Shown one piece after another: positions 18,691 to 27,558 of a stretch of DNA of 64,000 nt. Position 1 is the stretch's first letter, and every line of letters begins with the position of its first letter. A program made the position numbers and the translations under genes. The notes beneath the pieces are model-generated. The model made no database searches, was not told the DNA's origin, and worked only from the letters and a program-made list of their open reading frames with translations. Source of the DNA: Terriglobia bacterium (GTDB taxonomy: Bacteria; Acidobacteriota; Terriglobia; JAIQFV01); NCBI GenBank assembly GCA_020072965.1, contig JAIQFY010000006.1, forward strand, positions 1 through 64,000. The letters run 5' to 3'.

Positions 18691-18789
18691 GGGGCACCGG
18701 GGTGCTTTATTAAGATATAATCCGAGAGCCTGGGGCCGAAGCAGACTGGTGCCCCGTTAATGCCCTGCCGAGTTGGTTAGAAACCTCCT
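18691..18789 (+). other. Conserved structured non-coding element 3' of pilX-like gene 1: 9-10-bp GC helix (GGGGCACCGG ... CTGGTGCCCC) enclosing a ~45-nt loop, followed by a GGTTAGAAACCTCCT mini-hairpin; paralogous to 24332-24432
   Basis: Both copies are alignable over ~100 nt. The closing helix carries a G.U versus G-C difference between copies (G/T in copy 1, G/C in copy 2), consistent with RNA-level conservation. Confidence 0.4.
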
Positions 18790-19203
18790 CCGTGCCTCGA
18801 CGGCGGTGTCCGCATGCTCCCGGCACCATTCCTCACCTTCTGCGACACCCCATACGCCGATCGCGAACGCCACCACTTCGAACACCTCCCCGAACCTCTT
18901 ACCGCTGAAAACGTATTTCCTCACATCCCCCGGCGCTACAGATTCCAGGCCGACTTCCGATTCCTGTACCTCCCCATGTCAAATCAACAACCCTAAAAAA
19001 AATCTCTGCCGCGGCGGATCACCGGGACCACTAAAACTATTGGATTCGATCACGATATTTCATCAGTGAATGAGGGGTCTGTGAATCCACCAGCGGCGCA
19101 TACGTTGGAGCCTGGCTGGAGGCAGCAGTCAACTTCCCGCGCTGCCCGGAGAATTCGGGATGAGTCCCTCTTCATATAATGATAGACAAACGAGGTTTTT
19201 TTC

Positions 19204-19285
19204 ATCCCGATCATGGAGGCGAAATGACACTGCACTGGATAAAACTAATTCTACTTCAATTCCGTTCCCCGTCCATGAATTCAGG
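19204..19285 (+). promoter_or_regulatory. Conserved non-coding block upstream of pilin cassette 2 (paralog of 13716-13802)
   Basis: ATCCCGATCATGGAGGC ... CCGTCCATGAATTCAGG, 377 nt upstream of the first pilin gene. Confidence 0.4.
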
Positions 19286-19661
19286 ATTCACTTGGCCCAG
19301 TAACGACTGAATCCCGCGGTTGACCAGCTTTCTTTCCCGCAGTTCGAGGTTTCAATCATGGGACCTTCGAGAGTGGGAGCGGCATCTTCCCCTCGCAGCA
19401 ACAACCGCATGGGGATTCAAAATTCCTGGGGGTTCGTTTTCAAACAGATTTGTGATCGACGTCACAATCTTCGCCATGGATTTCACTACTCTAAGAAGTG
19501 CCTCGGTGAACGATAATGACCCCATTGTCTTCTTCGCAGATCGGGAATGAACAAAACTCGCACACGGAAACACGTGTTTAATCCGGTGCGACATGTTTTT
19601 GTAACAATAGTATTCGAAGCTATATCTTGCCAGTTGAGTCGGATGGTGTCTGCAAAGAGAG

Positions 19662-20270
19662 GTGGGCAAAGAAATGAATAACGGAGACGGTTTTCCCATG
19701 AAACAGTTAGTCGGGGGGATCAATGCCAGGGTCAGTGGGCCTTCCGGGGCGCGGCGGGGTCTCCGCCAGAGGCGTTTAAATCACGGCTTCTCGGTGATAG
19801 AGATGGTCATCGTCGCCTCGCTGGCGCTCACAGTCGGATCGATTGTTCTGCCGCATTTAGGTCAGATGCGAGAGAATTTCAACATACAGGGCGACATTCG
19901 GGTCGTCCAGACCACCATTCAGAGCACACGGTACAATGCCATCGCACAAGGCCGGCAATATCAAATCGTATTTCAGACGGTTCCGAGTCCCCAGTTGCAG
20001 GTCATGATGGATAATTCACCCAATCCCCAGGAGCCCCCTCCTCACGCGCCGGTTTGGGTAAACCGGGGAGCCCCCGTTCCCCTGTCTCGAAGTGTGCAGC
20101 TTGCCAAGGGAGGGAGCCTGGTGTGTGACTTCAGTGGCACTGTGACCTCTACTGGCTTTGACGTTGACCAGGGCGAGCCATACCTGGAGATGTCGAATAG
20201 CAAGACGGGGAGAGACTATTCTGCGTTCGTTTCAGTGCTGGGGCGTGTGCGCATTGTTCAGAACCACTAG
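19662..20270 (+). CDS. fimT: Type IV pilus minor pilin / pseudopilin FimT/GspH-like, copy 2
   Basis: ...RRLNHG|FSVIEMVIVASLALTVGSIVLP prepilin motif. It is a paralog of 14176..14796 (QGDxRxVQxxIQxxRYNAIxxGRQYQxV conserved). An internal start at ~19698 (MKQLVGG) is possible. Confidence 0.7.
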   Translation: MGKEMNNGDGFPMKQLVGGINARVSGPSGARRGLRQRRLNHGFSVIEMVIVASLALTVGSIVLPHLGQMRENFNIQGDIRVVQTTIQSTRYNAIAQGRQYQIVFQTVPSPQLQVMMDNSPNPQEPPPHAPVWVNRGAPVPLSRSVQLAKGGSLVCDFSGTVTSTGFDVDQGEPYLEMSNSKTGRDYSAFVSVLGRVRIVQNH

Positions 20271-20284
20271 AGTGGGGCATTCTT

Positions 20285-20971
20285 ATGAGCACAAATCATT
20301 CAAACAGTACTGCTGCTTTTCATCCTGTGACACCCCGGTGGCCAGTGCGCATCCGAATGGAGCGAGGCTTTTCCATCCTCGAACTCATGATCGCTCTGTT
20401 TGTGCTGTTGTTCGGGTTCATTACGATGGCCAATCTGATTGCCACTAGTGTCGTTGTGAACCGGTCCTCCAATCATCTGACATCCATCGCCCAACTGGCA
20501 TCAGAAAAGCTGGAAGAAATACGTGCCTTGGACGCCACGGATCCGCGTGTTTACCCTGCGATCCTGTCCGGCAGCCCCGGCGCCCCGGTGACGGGAGGAT
20601 CACTCACTGGAGATGTGACCACCCCGGTCAACGTGGGGGGTGTTAACTATACCATTTCATATTTCGACGTGGTTTACGTCAACCAACGGGACGGTTCCAT
20701 CACGCGGACGGCTGGGCCAGACGATACCGGTAACTTTAGTTCCGAGACCACTTCGCTTGACGGTGCAACGACTCCCCCCGCTGCCTCCGGTAATGAGCCA
20801 ACTCAGTTGAGTTATCGGCGGCGGTGGACCATTGAGAGCAATACCCCCATTAATGGGGCGACTCAGATCACGGTGGAGGTCGCCGTCAAGACGAACAAGT
20901 TGTCGGACCCCGATCCCCCGGCGACACTGAATAATTTTAGGCAAGTGATCCGAATGCGAACTATCCACTAG
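20285..20971 (+). CDS. pilV: Type IV pilus minor pilin PilV-like, copy 2
   Basis: ...RMERG|FSILELMIALFVLLFGFITMANLIATSVVVNRSSN. It is a paralog of 14811..15467. Confidence 0.7.
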   Translation: MSTNHSNSTAAFHPVTPRWPVRIRMERGFSILELMIALFVLLFGFITMANLIATSVVVNRSSNHLTSIAQLASEKLEEIRALDATDPRVYPAILSGSPGAPVTGGSLTGDVTTPVNVGGVNYTISYFDVVYVNQRDGSITRTAGPDDTGNFSSETTSLDGATTPPAASGNEPTQLSYRRRWTIESNTPINGATQITVEVAVKTNKLSDPDPPATLNNFRQVIRMRTIH

Positions 20972-21038
20972 AGAGACGGCGTGGGTTGGCAAGAAGATGG
21001 GCGCCGGGCTCTCTATCTTCGCGAAAAGTGAGTGAGTC

Positions 21039-22175
21039 ATGATGCTGAATGATTTGATCTCTTCAAAAGTTGACTGGCACCAGCGGAATTCCATGCCATG
21101 CCTCAGGCGAGGGCGCCGCTCATCCGGCTTCACCCTTCTGGAAATGTTAGTCGGGATTGCCCTCATGGTGGTTCTGGGCGGGATGGTGTTTGGGCTGTTT
21201 AACAAGCATGCCACGGTCTACAAGCTTCAACAAGAGGTCACTGAACTGAATCTAGGCCTGCGCTCCGGACTGGAACTGATCTCGGCCGATTTGTTGAATG
21301 CAGGCGCCAACCTCTCCGCCGGAGGTTCCCAAAGATTTCCGTTTCCCGTCATGGTCGGTAAGAATGCGAATGGGAACTTTGATTCGATAACTGTTTACCA
21401 AGGGTACAAACAGGACAATGCACTTAACTACGTTTCTCCTACCACCCTGACCAAATTGACCGGGATTGATCCGGGGGTGCCTATTCCGATCAACAACACA
21501 GCGACCTTGTATCTCAATCCTGCACCCGGATTAACCGCAGCTCAGACCGCTGCGTTGCTCCCCGCCGGTGCCTACATCGTCATCGTGAACACGGACACCA
21601 GCGATCCAAACTATGGCCAGATCGCTCCGCTCACCCTGGCAGGTGGGTCGATCGCCTCCAATTGTGGGGCCAGCCCCTGCGTCCAGATCAGCACCACTGG
21701 AGGTCTGGATAACGGATCTGGATTGGTTGGTACCGGGCAGGGCGATGGGGTCGCCCCGGCCAAGCTCGGGACTTCCTTTCCTTTCGGGGCGATGGTCGTG
21801 AAACTGGCTCCCAGGGTGACTTACTTGGTGGATACTGCGATCGATCCGGTCCGACCCGCGTTGGTCCGGACGACAACGACTGCGGCCGGGGAGTCACGCC
21901 TCCAGTTGGTCTCAAACCTCCTCAGTTTCTCGCAACGCGCTCGGATGGCGACGGGGACATTTAATAATCCGGACGACTACACAGGAATTGATCCCCTGGG
22001 AAACCTGGTTGCCATGCGTAGGGATTTTTCACTGATACAATCCGTGGAAGTGACCATTGCGGGAAGAACCGCGACTGATCGTATCGATCGGTACCAAAGT
22101 GCCATTGATCCAACCAAGACCTTTCGACTGAATACTTTAACCACCGTGGTTGCGCTCCGTAATAAGGTTAACTGA
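21039..22175 (+). CDS. pilW: Type IV pilus minor pilin PilW-like, copy 2 (intact class III signal peptide)
   Basis: ...RRGRRSSG|FTLLEMLVGIALMVVLGGMVFGLF; the C-terminal region is homologous to 15497..16579. Confidence 0.7.
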   Translation: MMLNDLISSKVDWHQRNSMPCLRRGRRSSGFTLLEMLVGIALMVVLGGMVFGLFNKHATVYKLQQEVTELNLGLRSGLELISADLLNAGANLSAGGSQRFPFPVMVGKNANGNFDSITVYQGYKQDNALNYVSPTTLTKLTGIDPGVPIPINNTATLYLNPAPGLTAAQTAALLPAGAYIVIVNTDTSDPNYGQIAPLTLAGGSIASNCGASPCVQISTTGGLDNGSGLVGTGQGDGVAPAKLGTSFPFGAMVVKLAPRVTYLVDTAIDPVRPALVRTTTTAAGESRLQLVSNLLSFSQRARMATGTFNNPDDYTGIDPLGNLVAMRRDFSLIQSVEVTIAGRTATDRIDRYQSAIDPTKTFRLNTLTTVVALRNKVN

Positions 22176-22192
22176 CGAATTGAGGTGCCATT

Positions 22193-24307
22193 ATGAAGCA
22201 GGACAAGATCTCCCGTGGATTTCGAAATCTCAAGCATCGCCTGCATTCCAAGGGCAGGGACAAAAACGGAGTGGCCCTGATTACGGCCCTCATCTTCCTG
22301 GGTGTGACCATGCTTCTGGGACTCTCCATCATGCTCACCACGTCCAGTGACGTTTTCATCAGTGGTACCATGCGGAATTCGAAAACCGCCTTTTACGCTG
22401 CGGACGCCGGAATCAGTGTGATGCGGACTGCCCTGGTGAACGAGATCAAGACCCGGACGCCGAGAAATCTGGTCAACGGCACGGACCCTGTTTTTCCATG
22501 CCCCGATGCGACCTTTGACACAGCCGTCCTAACCGCGGCGCTCGGAAACGCGGGAAACGGCAACGCACAAACAGTGAGCTCGTATTCCACCTACGGCGAT
22601 TCACCCGCCAGGTACACGATTGACACGACCAGCCCCGGAGGGCAGCCCCGTACCTCGTTCAGTTGCACTCTGAGGGAAGCTACGGCTGGACCTTTCCCGC
22701 GGTTTGAACGTTATACTTTTGCCTATCAAATTACCGCGAATGGGGGCGTCCCAGGCGCGGCCGCTGATCTGGCCCAAAGCACCGTCATCGAAAAGGGAAC
22801 TATTACCTACAACGCAGAAGTCATCCAAACTGACCATCCCACCGATTACTGGAACCTGCTTTTCTCCTTCGCGGGATATGGGATGTTTATAGACCATTAC
22901 GATCCCCACAACGGGTCAACCCTCCTGCATGGAACCATTACGGGCCGTGTTCATACCAACGGGGAATGGGGATTCTCAACAGGCAATCCGAATTATGTCT
23001 TTACAGATCAAGTGAGCAGCGTCAACCAGAACGCGTGTTACTACTTCAACAGCTGTGTGGACCGCAACGCGAATTCCGTAACCCAAAATGGGCAGACGGT
23101 TGCACCGGTGTTTATGTCGGGCTTTTCACGCGGTGTGCAGAGTGTTTCATTGCCAGAGAATTCCAACAGCCAGTCACGCGCCGTGATCGACGGTTCGGGC
23201 ATTGACATGGCCGCGCTCACAGATCCCAGCCGGGATCCGAATTCTTCCGTGCCTGCTCCGCCAGCGCCCACTGCGGCGGAGTTGAGCGCAAATCTGAGGA
23301 ATGCAAACGGAACCGCATTTGGTGGCGGTAATGGCGTGTACGCCCCCATCCAGATCCAAAGTGACGACGGACGCGGGCATATCACATACAGGACTACAGG
23401 CGCTGGGGTCTATGTGAACGGAAACGTCACGGACATGACCCTGGATGCGAGAACTCCGGGACTGCAGATCTACACGATTAATCAGGGCGGGACTGTCTCA
23501 ACGGTCACCTATAATCTAACCCCTGGCACCGCCATCAACGGTTACCCTCCACTATCGACTACGCTCCAAAGCGGAGGGAGATCCATCACCTCGTCGGGGT
23601 TGCCTACGAATGTCAATCCTGTCAATCCCAATCGGCCTGCCTCACAGCAGCCCGCAGCCTCTATCTCTTTGTATGTGAATGGGGCGATCAATAGCTTGCA
23701 TGGCCCGGGTCCAGGACTACCGGGAGTGCAGGATAGCGCCGCAATGACCATTACAGCGACGGGAAATATTACTATCACTGGGGACTTGGATTATCACACC
23801 AGGCCAGTGACGACGACGCAGGGTCAAGTGGCGCCCGGCGTCCCTCCCAATAGCCCCCCGGGAACCCTCATTCCAAGCAACGACAATGGCCAGGCTCTCG
23901 GAATCTACACTTCCACAGGAAACATCTACATCGACGTCAGTGGTATTCAGTCCCGGAACATCGAGATTGATGCTTCCATGGCCACACTGAGCAATGGAGG
24001 GAATGGAGGTATTACGGTGGGAGGCGGAGTCAATGCGAGCAACATAACGATCGTGGGAGGCCGCATCCAGAATAACATCATGGTGTTGGGCAATTCCAGT
24101 ACGGTTCGCAACGTCTTGTTTGATCGCCGGTACGCAAATAGTGCCTACGCCCCGCCGTTCTTCCCGAGTACCAATGCGGCGGCGATACGCGGCACCGACC
24201 ATACCTTTACCTATCCTGTGGCCGCGGATCCCAACTCTCTGAGGGCCGTGGCTACCAGTTACGTCGTGCCCTCGCGGTTGCTCACGGCGGCGAATGCCGG
24301 CCAATAA
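22193..24307 (+). CDS. pilX: Large PilX-like minor pilin, copy 2 (704 aa)
   Basis: ...KNGVALITALIFLGVTMLLGLSIMLTTSSDVFISGTMRNSKTAFYAADAGISVMR. It shares C-terminal motifs with copy 1 (HTNGEWGF, GNIY.NVD, YAPPFFP). Confidence 0.65.
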   Translation: MKQDKISRGFRNLKHRLHSKGRDKNGVALITALIFLGVTMLLGLSIMLTTSSDVFISGTMRNSKTAFYAADAGISVMRTALVNEIKTRTPRNLVNGTDPVFPCPDATFDTAVLTAALGNAGNGNAQTVSSYSTYGDSPARYTIDTTSPGGQPRTSFSCTLREATAGPFPRFERYTFAYQITANGGVPGAAADLAQSTVIEKGTITYNAEVIQTDHPTDYWNLLFSFAGYGMFIDHYDPHNGSTLLHGTITGRVHTNGEWGFSTGNPNYVFTDQVSSVNQNACYYFNSCVDRNANSVTQNGQTVAPVFMSGFSRGVQSVSLPENSNSQSRAVIDGSGIDMAALTDPSRDPNSSVPAPPAPTAAELSANLRNANGTAFGGGNGVYAPIQIQSDDGRGHITYRTTGAGVYVNGNVTDMTLDARTPGLQIYTINQGGTVSTVTYNLTPGTAINGYPPLSTTLQSGGRSITSSGLPTNVNPVNPNRPASQQPAASISLYVNGAINSLHGPGPGLPGVQDSAAMTITATGNITITGDLDYHTRPVTTTQGQVAPGVPPNSPPGTLIPSNDNGQALGIYTSTGNIYIDVSGIQSRNIEIDASMATLSNGGNGGITVGGGVNASNITIVGGRIQNNIMVLGNSSTVRNVLFDRRYANSAYAPPFFPSTNAAAIRGTDHTFTYPVAADPNSLRAVATSYVVPSRLLTAANAGQ

Positions 24308-24331
24308 AGAGAATCACCCCGCGTCGAAATT

Positions 24332-24432
24332 GGGGCACCGAGTATGCTTTGTTTGAACATGATCTCAGAGCATGTGGCTGAAGCAGACCGGTGCCCCGAC
24401 AATTTCCCTCCCCATTTGGTTTGAAACCTCCT
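24332..24432 (+). other. Conserved structured non-coding element 3' of pilX-like gene 2 (GGGGCACCG ... CGGTGCCCC helix + GGTTTGAAACCTCCT); paralog of 18691-18789
   Basis: See the entry for 18691-18789. Confidence 0.4.
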
Positions 24433-24463
24433 TGCTAGAATCCTCGGAACGCTTGAAATCCTT

Positions 24464-24488
24464 GTAGGGGTGCACAGACGTGCACCCC
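24464..24488. repeat. REP-like palindrome, family 2 variant (GTAGGGG-TGCACAGACGTGCA-CCCC)
   Basis: 5' GTAG hallmark plus GC-rich imperfect palindrome. It forms an inverted pair with 24509-24537. Confidence 0.55.
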
Positions 24489-24508
24489 CGGAAATCATTT
24501 AGACCCCA

Positions 24509-24546
24509 GGGGGCGCACGTCTGTGCGCTCCTACCCCCCTTTTTTT
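24509..24546 (+). terminator. REP-like palindrome (GGGGGCGCACGTCTGTGCGCTCCTACCCCCC) followed by T7: probable intrinsic terminator for pilin cassette 2
   Basis: GC-rich stem-loop immediately followed by TTTTTTT (24540-24546) on the coding strand of the upstream operon. Confidence 0.5.
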
Positions 24547-24846
24547 GCTTGAATTTTTTTTCAGACCAGCCTTTAATCCTGGCGATACGGTAATGCTGCT
24601 CAAAAGCGCAGGTTTGGTCGCCCCGCCACGGTTTCCGCGGCGGGAGCATTTCGTAACAGGGCGGGGAAGATGGCGATGGTGGATCGCACCTTGGAGAAGC
24701 CCCCGCCGGCGAAGGACCCCGGCGTGGCTACCAAAGCAAATCCCTTGCTGCAGCCAAAATTCCATACTCCCACGCCGTTTTCAGGATGCCATTGTCACCC
24801 ACTACCATAAGAATGACCATACCTGCACCCTCAGCCTGGAGGCCTA

Positions 24847-27342
24847 ATGTTTTCCTGCTTGTGCACTGAAATCCGATCAAGCGCCCTCTTGTTCTTCTGC
24901 CTGTTCTTGACACTCGTCAATGTCGGCACTCGAGCCCAGGAGAAACAGCCGCCATCGAACCCGGGAGGTCCGGCCCAACCCGCTCGCGTCGTTCCATCCC
25001 CGCTCCCAGCCAAGCTTGGCGAGCCCGAGGGTTACTTGCTCCCGAATGGGTGGAAACTGACTCCCGCGGGGACCCAAGTGCCGCTGGGTGATCTCCCTTT
25101 GCGAATTGCAGTCAGCCCTGACGGAAAACTCGTAGTGGCCACGAACAATGGCTACGGTGAGCAAGGTTTGACTGTGGTGGATGTGGAGAAACAGGAGAAA
25201 GTGTTCACCATTCCAATGGCGCGCGCTTGGCTGGGACTTCAATTTTCCAGCGACGGAAAAAAGCTCTATGCCTCTGGGGGTGGAGACAACAAAGTTCTTA
25301 TTTATGGTGCTGACCGGGGGATCCAGCCTCAGGCTGAAGAGATCGTCATCGGTGACCGCAAGCAATCCCTGTTCGTCTCCGGCCTTTGCATGGACGCCAC
25401 GGGGAAACGACTCTATGCGGCGCTCAATCTCTCGAATGAACTTGCCGTCGTCGATTTGAAGACCAAGAGTGTCGCCAAAATCATCACGGTGGGCGATCAC
25501 CCGTATACCTGCGTGGTCTCACCCGATGGTAGTCGGGTGTATGTCAGCAACTGGGGCTCGCGGTCCGTGTCTGAAGTGGATACGGCCGCCCTGGATGAAG
25601 TTCGAACGATTACCGTGGGTGACCATCCCAACGACCTTGCCCTCCCTCCCACTGGGAAGCGCCTTTACGTAGCGAATGCCAATTCAAATTCAGTATCAGT
25701 GGTCGACTTGGTGGCTCACCGGGCCGCCGAGACCATTTCGGTGGCGCTCTATCCGAAATCTCCCATCGGATCCACCACCAATGCGCTCGCCCTGACACGT
25801 AACGGCCAAAGGTTATTCGTCGCCAATGCCGATAACAATTCGGTCGCGGTAATCGCCTTGGGCGGAGGAGGTCGTCCCCGGAGTGTTGTCGAAGGCTTTA
25901 TTCCCGTGGGGTGGTATCCCACGGGCCTGGCACTGAGTCCGGATGAAAAGACTCTCTATGTGACGGGCGGGAAGGGCCTGGGATCAAAAGCGAATCCGCA
26001 TGGCCCGAATCCGAATTTAAAGCGAACCAAGGAGACGGAGTACATTGGCCGCATGTTCTCGGGCGTATTGAGCATCATCCCCGTCCCATCGGCTGGGGTC
26101 TTGAAGAATTTCACCGCACAGGTGTATGCCAACTCACCATACAAACCGACCCCCAAGATCTCGCCGGGCGTGACCGCCATTCCTCGAAGACCGGGAGAGC
26201 GTTCCCCTATCCAGCATGTCATTTATATCATCAAAGAGAACCGCACCTATGATCAGGTTTTTGGTGACATCAAGGAAGGCAATGGGGATCCGGATCTGGT
26301 GCTGTTTGGAGAGGCTGTGACGCCGAACCTTCATGCGCTGGTGCGACAGTTCGTCCTGCTCGATAATTTCTATGCCGATTCTGAAGTCAGTGCCGATGGC
26401 CACAATTGGTCGACGGCGGCGTACGCAACAGATTATGTCGAGAAAACGTGGCCCACCAATTACTCATCGCGGGGCCGCGAGTACGATTATGAAGGGGGCG
26501 TGGAGGTCTCCCGGCCTACGCGGGGATTTCTGTGGGATTATGCGGCCCGGGCCGGCCTGAGTTATCGCAGCTACGGAGAGTTTATCGAGGCTTCCGAGTC
26601 GCCAGACCTTCCCTCCCGCGCGCGGGAGAGAAGTCTGGAAGGTCATTTTGACCCCATGTATCGCCCCTGGGATATTAATTATCCGGACCAGAAACGCGTT
26701 GATGAATGGCTCCGCGAATTTCGGGAATTCGAGGAGAAAGGCAATCTTCCCCGCCTTCAAATCCTGCGTCTTCCGAATGATCACACTGAGGGAACGGCGG
26801 CCGGAAAACCGACCCCGCGGGCCTTTGTGGCCGAGAACGACCTTGCTTTGGGCCGTCTCGTGGAAGCCGTCTCCCACAGCATGTACTGGAATAGCACTGC
26901 CATCTTCGTTCTCGAAGATGACGCGCAGAACGGCCCGGACCACGTGGACGCTCATCGCACGGAGGCCCTGGTGATCAGCCCCTACACCAAGCGTCACTTC
27001 ACTGACTCCACCCTGTATTCCACCTCCTCCATGCTCCGCACGATTGAACTGATCCTTGGCCTCCCTCCCATGAGCCAGTACGACGCCGCAGCCACACCCA
27101 TGTGGAACTCTTTCACGAATAGTGCTGCCCTCGAGCCCTTTGCCTCGCTTGCCGCCCAGGTGCCGCTCGACGAGAAGAACCCGGAATCCGCACCCGGCGC
27201 CAAGCGTAGTGCTGCTTTCAATTTTTCTAAAGAGGATTCTGCCCCGGACATTGAACTGAATGAGATCATCTGGAAATCCATCAAAGGGGCGGGTTCAGAA
27301 ATGCCCGCCCCCGTCCGCGCGGCCTGGGTGAGGGGGAAATAG
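24847..27342 (+). CDS. Secreted bifunctional-architecture protein: N-terminal YVTN-family beta-propeller repeats fused to a C-terminal phosphoesterase-family domain (non-haemolytic phospholipase C / acid phosphatase AcpA type)
   Basis: Signal peptide, repeated YVxNxxSNSVSVVD / YVANANSNSVSV beta-propeller blades, then VIYIIKENRTYDQVFGD...GHNWSTAAYATDYVE...LRLPNDHTEG, which is characteristic of the PF04185 phosphoesterase family. Confidence 0.8.
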   Translation: MFSCLCTEIRSSALLFFCLFLTLVNVGTRAQEKQPPSNPGGPAQPARVVPSPLPAKLGEPEGYLLPNGWKLTPAGTQVPLGDLPLRIAVSPDGKLVVATNNGYGEQGLTVVDVEKQEKVFTIPMARAWLGLQFSSDGKKLYASGGGDNKVLIYGADRGIQPQAEEIVIGDRKQSLFVSGLCMDATGKRLYAALNLSNELAVVDLKTKSVAKIITVGDHPYTCVVSPDGSRVYVSNWGSRSVSEVDTAALDEVRTITVGDHPNDLALPPTGKRLYVANANSNSVSVVDLVAHRAAETISVALYPKSPIGSTTNALALTRNGQRLFVANADNNSVAVIALGGGGRPRSVVEGFIPVGWYPTGLALSPDEKTLYVTGGKGLGSKANPHGPNPNLKRTKETEYIGRMFSGVLSIIPVPSAGVLKNFTAQVYANSPYKPTPKISPGVTAIPRRPGERSPIQHVIYIIKENRTYDQVFGDIKEGNGDPDLVLFGEAVTPNLHALVRQFVLLDNFYADSEVSADGHNWSTAAYATDYVEKTWPTNYSSRGREYDYEGGVEVSRPTRGFLWDYAARAGLSYRSYGEFIEASESPDLPSRARERSLEGHFDPMYRPWDINYPDQKRVDEWLREFREFEEKGNLPRLQILRLPNDHTEGTAAGKPTPRAFVAENDLALGRLVEAVSHSMYWNSTAIFVLEDDAQNGPDHVDAHRTEALVISPYTKRHFTDSTLYSTSSMLRTIELILGLPPMSQYDAAATPMWNSFTNSAALEPFASLAAQVPLDEKNPESAPGAKRSAAFNFSKEDSAPDIELNEIIWKSIKGAGSEMPAPVRAAWVRGK

Positions 27343-27384
27343 AATCCTGCCAAGAGTTTTTGTGGAACGATCCGTTGATGGCCT

Positions 27385-27416
27385 GTAGGGGCGTCCGCCG
27401 CGGCGGACGCCCCTAC
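27385..27416. repeat. REP-like palindrome, family 1 (GTAGGGGCGTCCGCCGC|GGCGGACGCCCCTAC), perfect 32-nt palindrome
   Basis: Exact inverted repeat with a terminal GTAG...CTAC; it lies 3' of the phosphoesterase gene. Confidence 0.65.
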
Positions 27417-27442
27417 GGTGGAAGGTACGACAGCTGGGGATT

Positions 27443-27466
27443 GGGCGCACGGCTGTGCGCCCCTAC
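27443..27466. repeat. REP-like palindrome, family 2 (GGGCGCACGGCTGTGCGCCCCTAC)
   Basis: It is 26 nt downstream of the family-1 copy, giving a BIME-like clustered arrangement. Confidence 0.6.
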
Positions 27467-27558
27467 GTCCCCCACGGCCCTCTTGAGACCACGCTGGAAA
27501 ACCGTTATCCTTAGCCTGTCATTCAAAACTCATCAACGAACTGAAGAGGGAGTGTGGC

